Under the pieces are notes generated by a model, which saw only the letters and a list, made by a program, of their open reading frames with translations, did not search any database and was not told where the DNA came from. A stretch of 63,910 nt of DNA, filler included, from Phoronis australis (taxonomy: Eukaryota > Animalia > Phoronida), in assembly GCA_002633005.1 (NCBI GenBank). It is 5 parts of 5 records of this genome, joined end to end, with 100 filler letters (N's around TTAATTAATTAA, not from the genome) between each part and the next. Parts side by side here need not be neighbours in the genome. Positions count along the whole stretch, not along the records: positions 26,904 to 53,515 come from NMRA01001049.1; 4 more parts are not named here. One strand, written 5' to 3'. Positions 36,580 to 50,729 of the stretch are shown here, one piece after another (position 1 is the first letter of the stretch; every line of letters begins with the position of its first letter). The position numbers were made by a program, and so were the translations under genes.

Positions 36580-39041
36580 CAGGGCTCGACATAACAAGCA
36601 GCAGGTCGCATTTGCGACCTGAAATTTGGAAATGCGAAATGAGATTTGTCAGCTCGTGTCAAGTCACAAAATGTGACCTGGAATTTGCAACGTATGCGAA
36701 CTGAGTTTTTACTCTTCTCGGCAGATACCTGGCAAATAGAAAGCAACTCTTGTTAATCTCACCGTTATTTAGTTGTTGCCAAATCCAAGTTCAAAAGGAC
36801 ACTAACCGAGAACAGCCCTCCCGATGACTTGTATTAGCAAGTCGCGTGAACATGGGATATGCAGAATCGATCTTTGACGCATTTCATTGGCTAACATTTT
36901 CGGCTACTTTTGTAAATTTCAGGATTTTCCAAAGAAAGTTTCGGGGCACTGCTTAAATTAACACGTGATAAAATGTCACAAAACAGCGGTGTTCCTACTA
37001 ATTCTTAAGCGATCAACTTACCAAACTTTGTGGTGGACAAATATGTTTATTTTTCGCGTAATATGTCCTTATTGCAATTTGTACCAAATATCCACAACAA
37101 TATCCCTGATAACACACTGCGGCACTCCCCGGGTCGGTCACAGTCCTGTTGTTAGCGTGAAAGCGGTCCCGGAAGATAATCGTGACTTAGAGATGTGCGT
37201 CTCGTTTTTTATCGCATAAGACAGCCAAAGTGAAAATGACTACCTTATTAATTGCCAAACGACGGCCACGTCTTTACTTTCAGTTGCCAAGATTTGTTTT
37301 CCCAAACCCTTTTAATTGTTTCTGGGGCTACGTGCGTGAAATATGATTTGTCTTTCACACGTTGTTGCCAACGTAAAATGTAGGCCTACTCCAGCGATTC
37401 AAGTGCATAAACTCACGCATGCGCACCACTTCAAAGCTGCACATCAAAAGAGAACAGTGACAGTCCTAAATGAACGAGTATACCGGCTTGGCTCTGTTAA
37501 GCACCCGGGTAACGGGCCAGTGGTTTATTTGAAAATGAACTCATAGATTACCGGCAGTTTTAAAAGACCCGATCGACTTTATGATATTCCCAGGGACCAA
37601 TATAACCCAGAACTGATATTTTCCTTTGACGATGCTTCCCGAGGTCGGTGTTCCCTAAACCCTATACTCTATGCCTGTAGTCTGGAGCTATTGCATCTAA
37701 ATGGGTACTAGATGTGACATTGTGGTTAGCGAACTTTCTATTCTTTTCTTCATACCCACTGGCAACTTTTCGCTCCCCGGACCACCATCACCGTAAAATG
37801 TTCAGACTCCAATAGAAACAATCTTGTTCCAGCTGAAGCGGACAATTAAAAACTTATTCCGGGTGGCTAAAAAGGGTACAGTGTAGGTGGAAACGATATC
37901 CAGAAAGTCACCCCTACTAGATGAAGTTGGCCTCGCAAAATCATATTATAAGTTACGTTTCTTACCATTTGCAGTCTTTAAATATCTTATTACCGCAAAC
38001 ACTCAGGTTATCAACTATGCTCACGCACAAGCCTACTCCCTACCTTTGAAGTGTTTCTTAATAAGCACTCACTGACCTACTAAGCGTTCCCTCTCAACTT
38101 TTGAGAATTTCTAATTGCACCCACTCTTCAGGCCAGCACCCATCATAGGGCACTACAAACAACGCTCATTTTACACAACAAATTAAAAAAACGTTTTTTC
38201 TCAACTATGTAAAAACCAAATCCCGGCTTTATTTTATACCTCCGAAAGAAAGTTAGTGACATGCGTGTCGTTTTGTGACTGACCTAATTTTTCTCGTACT
38301 TGGAAGGTATTGAGCAAACTCGAGTTACCCGATAGAAATCCGCATGGAGTCGGGAATTATTTCAAGGCTTTTGATTTCATGGAAAACTAATTGTTGAGTA
38401 AACAGCATAAGTATCACATTTTTGTTGCGAAATTTGTACTGAATTAATCCCGCGCATCCAAATACGTCATTCGGTTTGGACATCGTTTCACGGATTTTTT
38501 TCAACCGATGTTTTTCAAACGCTGAGTTATGTTGCAAAATTTGGGTTGCGAACAAAAAGTGGAGGGAAGTGACACTCTGAGTTAGTTTGGATCTTTAACG
38601 ACTTAGATGACACCCAATAGCAGGTGAGACCTAGCAAAATCATGAATACTTTTTGAACGGGCATTTTCTTCCTTTTCACAACGAAAACTTAGCTACTCGA
38701 ATGCACATATCAGTTAGAGAGCACTGATTCAACTTTCACGTCTGCAACTTGCCTAATGTACTCTAGAGCCTTTCAAAAGTGGTTGTGAAGAACAATAACA
38801 CCATACCTGCATGAACGAAATCAATTTTGCGATCTGCAATTTGTCAGTGTTTAACGCTGCAGGTAAGAACATAATCTAAACATTTCTCGGTGACCTAAAA
38901 AAATCAATTTGGCGCGTAAAAATGGCAGGAAAATTTTGCGACCTGGCATTTATGAATGTGAGCTGGATTTTGAAAATGCGACCTGGGATTTTGGCTAGGT
39001 CGCAAAATGCGACCTGGCGATTTTAATGGCGTCAAGCCCAG
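36580..39041 (+). mobile_element. Degenerate hAT transposon
   Basis: Termini CAGGGCTCGAC and (rc) CTGGGCTTGAC. Subterminal ggtcgc...gcgacctg motifs at both ends. FERAFS...MHISV remnant of the hAT dimerisation domain near 38650-38720. No clear 8-bp TSD. Confidence 0.55.
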
Positions 39042-39534
39042 TGATACCTGTGTTGCATGTTGCGGACTAATATTAGCTATAATTACTACCATTGGAGTGG
39101 AGCTAACATCCAATTGCATGAGTTACGCAGTTAAATGCTCATATTTTTAAAGGAGTTACAATGGCTATTTTAAAATCCGGGAGTTAAATTTTCTCATGGA
39201 CCAAAGCTCCTCAAATTGGCAATAATGCGGTGTTGATGGGACATTAGCCTTCTTTTTGTTGTTCTTTACACCACCCACCTCTTCCTGAATTGTTGAACTC
39301 GCACCAATACTAGCAGTCTCGAACTGGTCATCTTCGACTGTAAAACACAAAGAGAGTCTTCCATACAGTCCTGCTATGTTTCTATTTTTTCAATTATGTC
39401 TATAACCTCAAGTTGTTAATTAGTTAGTTCAGTGGATGGGAGGACCATCGGAGGGTGGTACATAGTATGAGAGTGTGAACTTCATATTAGATTCAATTTA
39501 TTAATTAATGTTTGATGCCTACCCATAAAAGCAG

Positions 39535-39880
39535 ACCAAAGCTCTTAAAAATGTGATGTTCATAAAAATGAAATTCATGCTTGCTCAGTCACTCATCTTG
39601 TTAAAAGTAACAATTTCCAGAACATGTGGAAGACACATGTTATTTCATAAAAACTCAGAAACTTAAAAAAGATCCATATTGGTAATTTCATGAAATTGCA
39701 AAATACGTGCATTTAGCAATGAAATTTTTACAGTTGATATTCATTGCAATTAAGTGTTGATTTGGTCAAGTGACTCCTGCATATGCAATTTTGAAACTTG
39801 CACAGCTTTGAAATTCATATCCACAATGGTGTTTCTCGTACAATGCTTGTGTTTTGGGTAATTTTTTGTTTGAAGGTGTT
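39535..39880 (+). repeat. Dispersed repeat copy 2 (see 27905-28280)
   Basis: Same blocks in the same order. Confidence 0.7.
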
Positions 39881-40964
39881 TCTTTTGCTAACAATGTTAA
39901 GTATTCGCAGTCCTTCCTCTGAGGCCTGTCTGTAACTGAGCAGCCTGCTTTTTTCTGCTCTCATTTATTGTTCGAATCTGGTAACTAATAGGCGCACACT
40001 TGATCTGAGCGAACAGAGACATCACTTTCTTGCCAAAACAACATACTACAAGCGGATGTCTTCTGTATTGTGTTACTTAAATAATGTTAACTTGTTCATA
40101 TTGCCTGTTTAAAATTTGCTCTGGTTTATCTATCATGTTGCTACATTACCAAATGGTGTTTCATGCCAATAATGCCATGTTTTGATTTGTTCCAGTCTTA
40201 CCTTTGCTTGCTCCAGTGCTCGTAGTTGGTTGCTCCGTTTCTTTCTTAGACATTTTTCTGCAATACAGTTGCATTAAACTACTTATTGTAAAATCGACTG
40301 ACCTGATGCAAAATTGAATAGTCCCAGGTTTAACTTGCCTGGCAAAGGTAAACAGTCCTCAGACTATGTGACTAAAGTAGGTCATCCTTTCACTGCTACA
40401 ATACAATTACTATACAACTGTCTTAACTTATTGTACATATACAATGTGTGAGCTGAATATGACCTATGAACAAAATAAGTGTAACATAAGGGAAAATCTT
40501 TATAGAAAACTATTGCAACAGACGTGCCTGCTGAAAAAGATGGGCTGAAACCACAGACCCATTGGTTGGCTGAAAAATAGACCCGAGTGAATTTGAGGAA
40601 ACTGGAGCATAGGACTATTTGGGAGGCTGAGGAGACCTAGCTGGTTATGAGGAAAAGGCATACATGCGAAAATAGTTTTTGAAATCCTCGAATTTCCAAT
40701 GTCCTATATGTGTTTGACCTTAACCGAGTTCTGGGATACCACCACCTAATGCAAAAAATGTAACTTATAAGACTGGATGTCGAGGCCCACAAGGGAAACA
40801 ACCATGACCAGTAACGTATGTTAAACCTTGTTGGGTACCCCTGAAAAAGAAGTGTCAAGTTCAAAAGCAGGGAGTATAACTACACCTGCAGATGAACCAT
40901 AGAAAAGTGATGTAGTTTCGGATGAACAAAGACGGGTAAGTTATGGTAATGAGTGATTAAAGGG

Positions 40965-41085
40965 GGCGGTAGGTTACGAAGTGGGAGTTGGGATGTTAAA
41001 TGTGTGCTTATGGAGGCTAGACCTGTAAAATAAAGTGAACCCTGTCCGGATGGTAGAGGTGGTCAGGTGAGGGTCTGACCAAAAA
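40965..41085 (+). mobile_element. Possible BEL/Pao LTR-retrotransposon integrase C-terminal relic
   Basis: Frameshifted pieces resembling VGDV...WRL...P-CPDGR...VRV, the W.LG.I...PG.DG.VR.V pattern. Confidence 0.35.
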
Positions 41086-43369
41086 CCCACCTGTGGGGTG
41101 CAGAAAAATATGTGGGACTCATGGGAAAGACGAACTTTGAGGAAAAAAACTAGAACCTAAAGCTCCTCCCATCGGGAAGCTGGAAATTGAAGTTGTAAAT
41201 GATAACGTCAAGTCGTAAACATATGTCCTTTAAACCAGATTCCTTCATCACAACCATTTTTATCCACATTTTTTCAGGACCAGCTTCTGTTGTGAGTTAC
41301 TGATGTAGTACAATTTGCTGACAAGCCATGCTGACAACCTACTTTCCACTGAATTAGCACACGACTTTTGTTTTTGTTTACAAAATTGCTATTACATGAC
41401 AAATTTTAAAAAGTTCGAAAACCCACATAGTCGAATTTGTATTAATTCTCTATTCAGATTTTATGGTTTTTCTTGGTTTTCATGTCCCAAAAAGAAAAAT
41501 GGAAAGTACAGTCTGCACGCTTTGAATCCTTATGTTTAGATATTGTCTGCTAAGAATTTATTTGTCACCCTCACCACATGACCTAGTTAATAGAAAAAGT
41601 CATTACCTGATACTGAGAATAGAATATGGATAAAAAAAAACTGGTTGGGCTGATTACCTGCCAATGAAGAAATTAAAAAAAATCGAATTGATCCTTATCT
41701 GTGCTGAGTTGCATAAAAGTTATACGCTGTAGAGCAACAATGACGTGGCATTATCACGTGTCACGTTATTTTTTAACAATGCACCTGTCGTCATGCAAAA
41801 ATCTAAGTTATCCAGCGGATAACTTTTGAAGTTTTATGCACCTTAGCCCAGGTCTAGAGTGGATATATGTATGTTCACAGCATGATGCCTCAGGGAGAGT
41901 TGGATACAAAGTTGTCCATCCAACAAATATAAGAACTTGCTTAGCAACAAGACTTGATGAGTCATGGTAGTCTGCAATGAGATGAGAGTAAAGACTGGAG
42001 ACTTACCTTAATTAGAGTTAGTAACCTCTTGATCAAACAAGACTGTTGATATGCAAGTGCAGAAGACAAAGGAAGACTCAAAACAGGTGAAAGAAATGTG
42101 TTTGTAAAATGAACACAAGCACGTCTTAAGTGAGAAGGTTGAATGAGCTATGCAACGCTGTACTTCCTCATCAAAGGAGAGATGACGTGGAAGGAGGTGT
42201 ATGAACAGAAAAGTAGTACCTGGTGGCTATGTAAAATAGTTCCTATGGGTTGATCAAGGAATATGACATATGGTGAAATCATTGCAATAAAACCTTTCAA
42301 CGAATTTCAATGAGTTGAATTTTGAAAGCTCGTGCATAGCAAATTTTAGGCCATGTAGAATAGGAGAAAATGTGTAACAGTTTATAGCATAGTGCATGGG
42401 CATCTACCAGACTGTCGTAGTAATATTACTTGTTGGGTGAAAGTTAGCTTTGTAGTTATTTCCCTATACAAATAGACTTGTCAATAGGGAGGCACATAAC
42501 CTAGGAACTTAATCCTTCAATAAGGTTATATGTACATGAAGTAAACATAAGCCACAAAAAATTAACAATAGTAGCTGCTGTTATAGAGAGCTGAATGATG
42601 CTCCTTTTTCGGGATATGTGGAGTTAAGTGGGTCAGGCGCACTTCGCTACCTGATAGGTGGTGCAACACTCATCGGTGTGGATTTTTTTTAATTCCCGGA
42701 TGTAACTTATTGTCAGTGAGAAAAGTGCATTTGCCTCAGTTGTTGTAAAAACCATGTCCTACACTGGTTTAACTTGTCGCGAATTGAGAGCAAAAATGGC
42801 AAAAATAAAGGCACAGACGTCGGGACGCAAACTACAGGCGATAGAAAAGTAATTATGGACAGATTTCGTGTAAATTCTTAGGTTTTCGTGTACCCATCTT
42901 CGCCTATCAGCGACATGGCCCAAATAGCTTTGTCTATGTCCAGCGATTTTGCGGTGACTTTTCCTTAAGTTAACAAGTCTGATGTGCATTTAATGTACTG
43001 TTCTTATAAACTACAGGCCGTTGGCTTCTCTTTTATTCTTCCGGTAATCTTTTGACTTTATATTAAATGCATGTTCTCAAGACTCTCAAACGAACGAGTT
43101 CTAGTCGGTTACCCGGGTAACCAAGTACACAGACTGTAGTAGCTGAACAAGTCTTCCAAGACGTGGCTTATTATACAACAAGGCCCAGGTGTCTGGCTAC
43201 ATTTTTGTAATATTTAGGACATATGTATATGGAGAATAAAGAATTGACCAATCTAAACAAAGTTGTTTAACGTTTACTATTCTATTTTTGGGTTACAAGT
43301 GTATCAATTACAACTTCGGGAATGTGCCGAGTGTTCATCCTGAGCTAGCGATTGTTGACGACTGGCCCA

Positions 43370-43727
43370 GTGCAGAAACGTGGTCTGGTCTTTGACCCAA
43401 AGTACTAATATTTGGCGGCCTCACCTGAACAGTTGATCGGAAAAGAAATATAGGCAAGATTAAATGCCCTTTTACTGGTCGGGACACAATAAGAAAATAG
43501 CGCCAGAAAACTCTTCTTGTTCCTCAGCAAAGACAGTTAAAAACATGCCATAAGTATTACGCTCAAGTGCATGGTCAAATGCATCTGACCGGAAGGAAGT
43601 CCTGCAGGTTTATTGTGTACATGTTACAACTGATGCATGATAAGGAATTTGCTCAGCTAAGTCTATTTCCGAAGCTGGAAGTGTGTTATCACAAGCTCTT
43701 TCTGAAATACATGGCTTCTACCCTATG
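43370..43727 (+). pseudogene. YqaJ-like (lambda exonuclease family) relic, probably from an ISL2EU-type transposon
   Basis: YLAASP, KIKCPFTGRD and HKYYAQVHGQMHLTGRKSCRFIVY motifs, with indels. Confidence 0.75.
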
Positions 43728-45524
43728 ATTATTTAGTTTGGCATTTTTATCAATTCAGAATAGTATTCTTGACACTTCATTTATTCTCGTTAAGACATCA
43801 ACAATAGACATTATTTTGAAACAGCAACGTAATAAATGTTTCAGACAATTTCCCTGTATCGCAAATGTTTGTAACAAGATGGAATCATTCAGTGTAACAA
43901 AAAGCACCATGAATTTGTCTCAGCACAAAGAGGTCAGTCTTGTGATACATTTATACAACTTCGCACATCTACTTTTATTTTTAGCTAGCTGAACCATTAG
44001 AAATGCAGCTTTGTTTTTAATGGGACTTTGAATGTTAATTGCTTGTACCGCTCTTGATCATTAGAAGTTCATAAACACTTCAACTTGAGAAAGTTTAGCT
44101 TCTGTAAGAATGCTTCACTATTTTGCAGATATCAACATATTTTACATGACTTCCTAACATTTTTCAACGAGGTAAAAGATTAATTGGCTCAAGGATGCTT
44201 AGTTATTGCGGTTTTTGAAAGCATCAATTACAGTTCAAGCATCTTTTTCAATTATGCTTTTACCTGAAATTAGATAAAAAACCAGCTTAAATAAGTTCAC
44301 CGGCTAGGTGGAGCATATCCGTAGGCAATTTCTTTCTCAGAATTTGAAAGAATGTGGCATAGCTAGTAAGACAATCTACATGAATTTGTTTAGATGCAAC
44401 CTGTCTGTCTTTTACTAGAGTTTGACTTTCTAGTTGGTTTCGTGGCGGTTGGTATATTTATCTTTAAAGTTGGTGTTGTAAAAAGATCCTGTTCCATAAT
44501 ACCTCTGTCTGTCAAACTACTCCTGGTTTTCTACCAACCCACTCTCACTCACTCAATTATTTGCCGATCACTAACTGAACCACCATATGCAGGACCGATT
44601 GGGGGAAAAGGAAATTACCTTTTTCCTGTTGCAAAGAACTTGGTGTCTTAACATGTTTGCAAACTGAGTGCTGCCATACTGTGTTTTGTTTTCTCATATG
44701 GATTTTAAGCATTTTTTTATTTTTGTCTCCATAATCTGGCAAATGTGGATAGTGGAAACAAAAAGGCAGTGCGATTTTTTCCAAAATCTGAAAAGTTAAA
44801 GCAGTGACTTGTTAATTCAACTTTTGAAACAAACACCTGTATTTTAGCACTAGAAAGTACAAAAATGTAAGACCACTGAGACTAGATTTTTGATCATTGA
44901 CGTCCAATTTTTCTCATTATCACATTTATCGTAACAAGCAACTACACGCTGGCTAACTGAAGCCAATAGGCACTTTTATTAAAATAAATGTAATTGTTTA
45001 TACTTATGAACCATGGCACCTGATGCTATATTCCTAAAACTGCTAATAAAACTTACAAATGATTTATTTACAAAAACTAAACTGTGCAATACGAACAACT
45101 TCTGGCCGAACCAACAGTTGAACGTTTATTAATGTGGGGACAAAACTAGTCTTCAGTCGCGTTCATGAGTTAAAAAAATTAAGTACACAATGTTCATCAT
45201 TTGGTCAAAATGCATAAAATGTAACGTGATCACCAAGGTTGTGGTAAGGATAGGAAGTGCTCTGTTGCCATAGAGAATGAGAGCCCATTGCCTCTGCGTT
45301 CTTCAATACTTTTTTAAGCAAATGTTTAGATCCGTGGAATAATTATGGAAGGAAAAGGAATTAAACAATTGAGAATGTCATAATAATTCTCAACTGCAAA
45401 ATTGGCACATTAAAATCACCAGTAATTTTTTTAAACTTGGATAAAATAATATTAGCTTCTGACTGTGGAGCTGGCACTCCACTAAGTTTTCTGGTCTACA
45501 GTCTATTCAGTCCACAGTCAATGT

Positions 45525-47190
45525 CATTAAAAATGAACACCACGGCGGTATTCAGCTGGAAAAAACAACAAAGCTAGGTTTTCAATTTTTAAAATTTAAC
45601 ACTGGGTGTGATTGAAGATAAATGACCATGCGTATTGATATACTCGGTGATCGAATTTGCAAACACTGATGAGAGTTAACAATATCATAATTCTCTTAAT
45701 ATTTCAATCCCTTTTAAACAGATTTTTTTGACAAGGAAACAGTTCTACTTAATTTGTGTCTAGTCCTTGTTTTTTCAGTATGACTGACAAGAAGCTAAAA
45801 TAGTTATATAGTCAGTGCAACTGAAATTGTCAGAGATTCCAAGTGTTCAGTTTGGCTATCACCATATCTGCACTTTTTGTATACATATTTCATAATTTGA
45901 GTTGTAATAAAGATTGAACTTGAACTAATGACGTGTAGTTTTGTTTACTGTGACATCTTTGATGTAGCTGTAATCTGGAAAACTCAGGGATGGGTTCACA
46001 ATTAACTGACTTTTAAGTTGTTTTGATACTTCGTTTAAAAACAAAGCAACCCTAACTGATAAGAAAAAAAAAACAAATAGGCAGGAGTATTAAAAATGAA
46101 GTAATGAAAACAGGTATGGAACATGTTTAAAATCAACGTTATGTTGGGATCAAAGTGGTCCTTTGTCAAGATCAACGCAAATTAACTTTTTGATCTTTTG
46201 TGATATTTAAAATGTACCAAGTTAAAACTACTCTCCACATAGCAGGATTTAACTCTGTGCAAATGTCAGAAAAAACAATTTGGGTGTAATAACAACCATC
46301 ATTGTTAAGAAAGTAGTGCTAGCTATTACCTTCTACTTCATTAGCTCAGACTACATCAATGTAAAGGGCATGCTGAATGTAGGGATCCTAAAAGTTGTCT
46401 GGGGCTTAGGGAACCAGAGTGGTAACCAGTGTAAGTGAGAAATTCTTCACATGGAAAGAAGTTCTTTGTGAACCTTGTGTTCTTAGTCATACAACTGTCC
46501 CAATTGGACTTAAGTAACTATAAACAAAGCTTAATAAAGGGTTTATGGCCTGGCTGAACATATAATTATGAATAGCCTAACTTGAAATGAAATGAATACA
46601 TATATGGTGAGTATTGTATACTTACAAGGAAGGCATTTCCAGCATAAAAGGGAGTGCGCCAGCGATGGACTCTGATACAGTTGTGATGACCACATTGTCC
46701 AGCGCGAGCAAGACCTGAGTGAAATGTAATTAGTGAACCATAAACTGTAGTAAACCTCTTTGCCTACAATTTTCAAAATGCATTAACTAAATGATTTTCA
46801 TTAAAAATGAACACCACGGCGGTATTCAGCTGGAAAAAACAACCAAGTGAGGTTTTCAATTTTTAAAATTTAATGAACTAATAAGCTAAAAACTACAAAC
46901 ACTGGGTGTGATTGAAGATAAATGACCATGCGTATTGATATATATAATTTGAGTTGTAATAAAGATTATTAAACTTGAACAAGTGTTGTTTTGTTTGCCA
47001 TGAAATGTTTAGTGTAGGTGTAATATGGTAAGTGATGGGTTGACAATTAACTAAACTAATTAAGTTTCATTGGTGATCAAAATCTGCCCCTGTTTTGGTA
47101 CTTCAAGTTTAAAAATAAAATAAAAAGATATCAACTCGTTATCAGTAAGAAAAAAATCAAGTTGACAAGAGTCTTAAAAATGAAATATAT
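45525..47190 (+). repeat. Local duplication, 45525-46110 versus 46799-47190
   Basis: Near-identical blocks cattaaaaatgaacaccacggcggtattcagctggaaaaaa and acactgggtgtgattgaagataaatgaccatgcgtattgatata. Copy 1 carries about 250 extra bp. Confidence 0.8.
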
Positions 47191-47559
47191 TTAAAACCTG
47201 ATTGCTCTTTTGGGAAATAGCCTTAAAATTCAAGATAAACACACCGGACAGTTCTTACTGTAACCTTGCCTGGCTAAGCTGAGAAAAGAAAAGTTAAATA
47301 AGGCTTTCTGCTGTTGGGAAAATAATTAACCACCAGATCAGGTACATGAACCTTGCTCCAAAATTTACCACTGTGTGTTTAATGCTGTAGGCATATACGT
47401 GTACACTGTATCATCTTAGAGTGCTTAAAACCACCATTTACTTTTTCTTGACATCAGTGACCATATTGTAGTCACTAAACCTTTAGCTCCTGTATTAAGC
47501 ACTGCACATCTCAGCTGTAAATTCAGTATCCCAAAAACGAAAACGAGAAACCAGAAGAA

Positions 47560-47790
47560 ACACAACTTCAATGAGAGTTCCCTTAGCTCCACAGACATGA
47601 GTGTGATTTATGAACCTACCCAGGACCAGTGTGTCATGTCCACAAACGTTTGTCAGTTTTGTGCACAAACTTGCACCATAACCTCGCTTCCCCGATGTCC
47701 TATGGAAAAGTGAAAAGATGCAACCTAGCAGCGTGCTCAAATACTGAGTCGTCACCACCACCACCACAAACGCAATTTACTCCTCACCAT
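47560..47790 (-). pseudogene. Degenerate THAP domain
   Basis: MVR..NCVCGG...LHLFTFP*DIGEARLWCKFV...HVCG across frames. Confidence 0.55.
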
Positions 47791-48894
47791 TCTTTATTAT
47801 GCCATAAACCACAAGAAAACGAGCAGCAATACCTTTAGTTACTACTTTTCACCAATGCACAATGACTAAATCTGCGATTGGTTGCCCCAATTCTAGGGAG
47901 TATGTATCGATCAGTTAATGCTCATAACTGGAAACTAGCTGTTTAACTTATCGAATAGTCTTTGCGGATGTTCTTATTCGACAGCTGAGTCACTAGTGGG
48001 TGTTTTTTATGATGTTTTCTATGTGGAATTATAATGGTTTTAAGCATTTAAAACCCTCGGTATCTGTAAATGAAATCAACTTTTGATTTTCACCACTGTA
48101 AACCATGAAAATGCTCTCAACTTGTTCTTTGCTCATATGAGAAGTGGAATTAACTGAGGTGGTGCTGGCCGCATAAAATGATGGCCGTCATGACATGCCA
48201 AGTAAATGTTGTGCCTGTTCTTAAGCAATGATGAACTGCTACTTCTGTCCAAGCCCGTAAATCAACTTTAATTGGAGTAAGGAACAAGTTGGTGGTAATA
48301 CGGTAACAAAAAACTAGTGGTTGATCTAAAACTTAAAACGATAGCAAACCCGGTTTTGGCTTATGAACAGATACTGAAAACGTCACGTTCCCATCTGTCT
48401 GTCTGAAGCAAAAAAATGCTCTATAACTGTCGACAACCCTCAAATGTTTGGAGGAAATTTTGAAAACTGTTTCAAAGTCTGGTAAATAGGCAAGCACAGT
48501 CTATGCTTTTAGCAAATCTGTGGTCTAGAAGTTTTTAGGTGATTTCTGATTTTATCTTAGTTTCAAGGTTTATAAATGCCAATGGTGCATTCAACAGTAC
48601 AGAACAAGGATTAGTTGAAATTATCAAGAAGGGGTATAGTATCCTTTTAATTTTTTGACATAAGGAAGTTTTAGGATCTTTTCATGATAAGAAATAATTT
48701 GAAAATGCCACCAGTTATCTTATGTAGTACAATTGTTACCCGGCTTAATCCGTTTTTGGCATTTTTTCACGACTTTAGTTTTGCTTTTGATGTTTTGGTC
48801 AATGCCATTCTATTTCTAGATCTTAATGTGTAAACATTGAAAAGTTGATTCAGTGAATTAAAATTGACAGCAGGGCAATTTTCGCTTATTTCAG

Positions 48895-49044
48895 ATGTCG
48901 GACAAGGCGGGCCTGCTCTTCCGCCAGTACGTCAAGGACAGTTTGTACGACCGAATAAGCACAAGACCTTTTATGAACGGCATAGAGAAGAAATGGATTG
49001 CGTTTCAACTGCTGTGTGCATTGAACCAAGCTCACAAGCTAGGG
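48895..49044 (+). CDS. PIK3R4: Phosphoinositide 3-kinase regulatory subunit 4 (Vps15) kinase-domain exon
   Basis: [49 protein letters not shown]; tttcag| acceptor and |gtaag donor; 150 nt. Confidence 0.95.
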
Positions 49045-49319
49045 GTAAGTTGAACTGTCGATTTCCTGTAAAGTTAATTCAAACTAGAGTAAAAGGTATC
49101 GTTGGAATTGTCATTTTTGTGTTTTTCAAATGATAACTTTAGATTTCATGACTGTGTTGTTGGTAGTCGTTAATTGTACTTCCAGTTGTATTTATTGTTG
49201 AGAAAATTGTCAGAGCTGTATTCTTTTTTGGCCATGTCTTGTTCGTAATTAAAGGAGTGTTGGATGTATGGGTGCTGGTGAGGAATCTCACGAACTTGGT
49301 GTACTAAAAGTTGAGGAGG

Positions 49320-49400
49320 CGGTGTGCCCGCTTTCTTTACTCGAGGTCGTGGGTTCAGGTCCCACTGTGTCACACTGCTAAACCCTTGAGCCAGGTTTCT
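49320..49400 (+). mobile_element. tRNA-derived SINE fragment
   Basis: B-box-like GGTTCAGGTCC followed by a cccttgagc-agg core typical of SINE2 families. Confidence 0.45.
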
Positions 49401-50627
49401 CGCTCCTCAGCTCGGTGTTGACCATATATTAATAAAGCATAAAAATATTTCCAGGTGATCAGTGCAATGGGCCCACATGCGAGACCTGCTTACGTCTGGT
49501 ACAACGTGTATCAGACCGCTTGCAATTATTTTTTTATTATTATTACTAAAGAGTTTATCATAGACTAACAAGACGTTGTAATTAAAGCAAACCCAAAGGC
49601 GGAGGTCATATTTAACTGTACGTGAGTGCATTGTTGGACACTTGAGCTTGATTAAGCATGACATTTGACTATAGTGGGGAACTTTTGATATTGACACTGT
49701 CTTGAGTTCTGAGAGGGTGACAGTGACTACCGCTTAATCGTATGGGTCAAATTTGCTGTACAGAAATACACTTACTATACAACTCTTCCTTAAAAGAACA
49801 GCAATGTATTCCACCGTCAACCCTCCATTTTTTGATTAGTTTAAGTTCACTAATTAATTTTAGCTTGTTGACTCCGGCTGGGAACGAAAGCTTTGTTTGA
49901 CACAGCCACTGGCTTTGTTGTGGAGTCTCCTTTGTAGTAGGAATTGTATGGAACATGATGCCCTTGTTAATGTATTTATGTTTCAAAAGGTTTGCCTTTC
50001 CCTGTGAGACATTTAATAAGTACATGTTGCTCCACAGCAGTGGAAATTTGATGCCGTTGTGATTGCAGGAGAGATGTTAAAACTCTTTTTATATAGGTTG
50101 ATACCTCCTGTCCGCATTATTTGGGATCTGTAGGTGGCGCTGAATGCCTGTCCACCAAAGAAATGATCGCCATCTGGCGCAACTATCTTTACATGAATTA
50201 AGATTTTGTGAAAATTATAAAGCTAAATTATGATTTGTCAAAACTTTCCGAAGAACATCTTGGCTATGACCAAGTAGTCAAGCTTTTTTGATCAGCTGAT
50301 GATTGAAAAAGCATTTAGTTAATTTTTCCTGTGTGATAAAAGGTGTGTTCCATCTGTCTCAAACAATTTGTTTATCAAACCAAACTAAAGCTCTGTCAAG
50401 GCCAGGTGCACCGTAGAAGAAGTTGTTCATTTGTGGATCCATTGTCGTGACAAACAGTTGTCTGATGATGGACAGACATTGGGGGTGTAGTATATCTCAG
50501 TCTACTTTTTATTCCTCCATTGCATCATTTCAAAATTCGTCAAGAGGTAAACTTTAAACCCTTGCAGTGCTGGTTAACGTTCCCGTTTGACCAGCAGTTG
50601 TTATTTCTCGTCACTGAATTCTAATAG

Positions 50628-50729
50628 ATATACCACGGCGACATCAAGTCGGAGAATGTGATGATGACCAGTTGGAATTGGTTGCTGTTGACAGACTTTG
50701 CCAGCTTCAAGCCCACTTATCTACCAGAG
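50628..50729 (+). CDS. PIK3R4: PIK3R4/Vps15 exon (catalytic loop to DFA)
   Basis: [34 protein letters not shown]; 102 nt; phase 0-0. Confidence 0.95.

Noticed and set aside
49320-49400. tRNA gene
   Set aside because: B-box only with no cloverleaf; SINE-like continuation.
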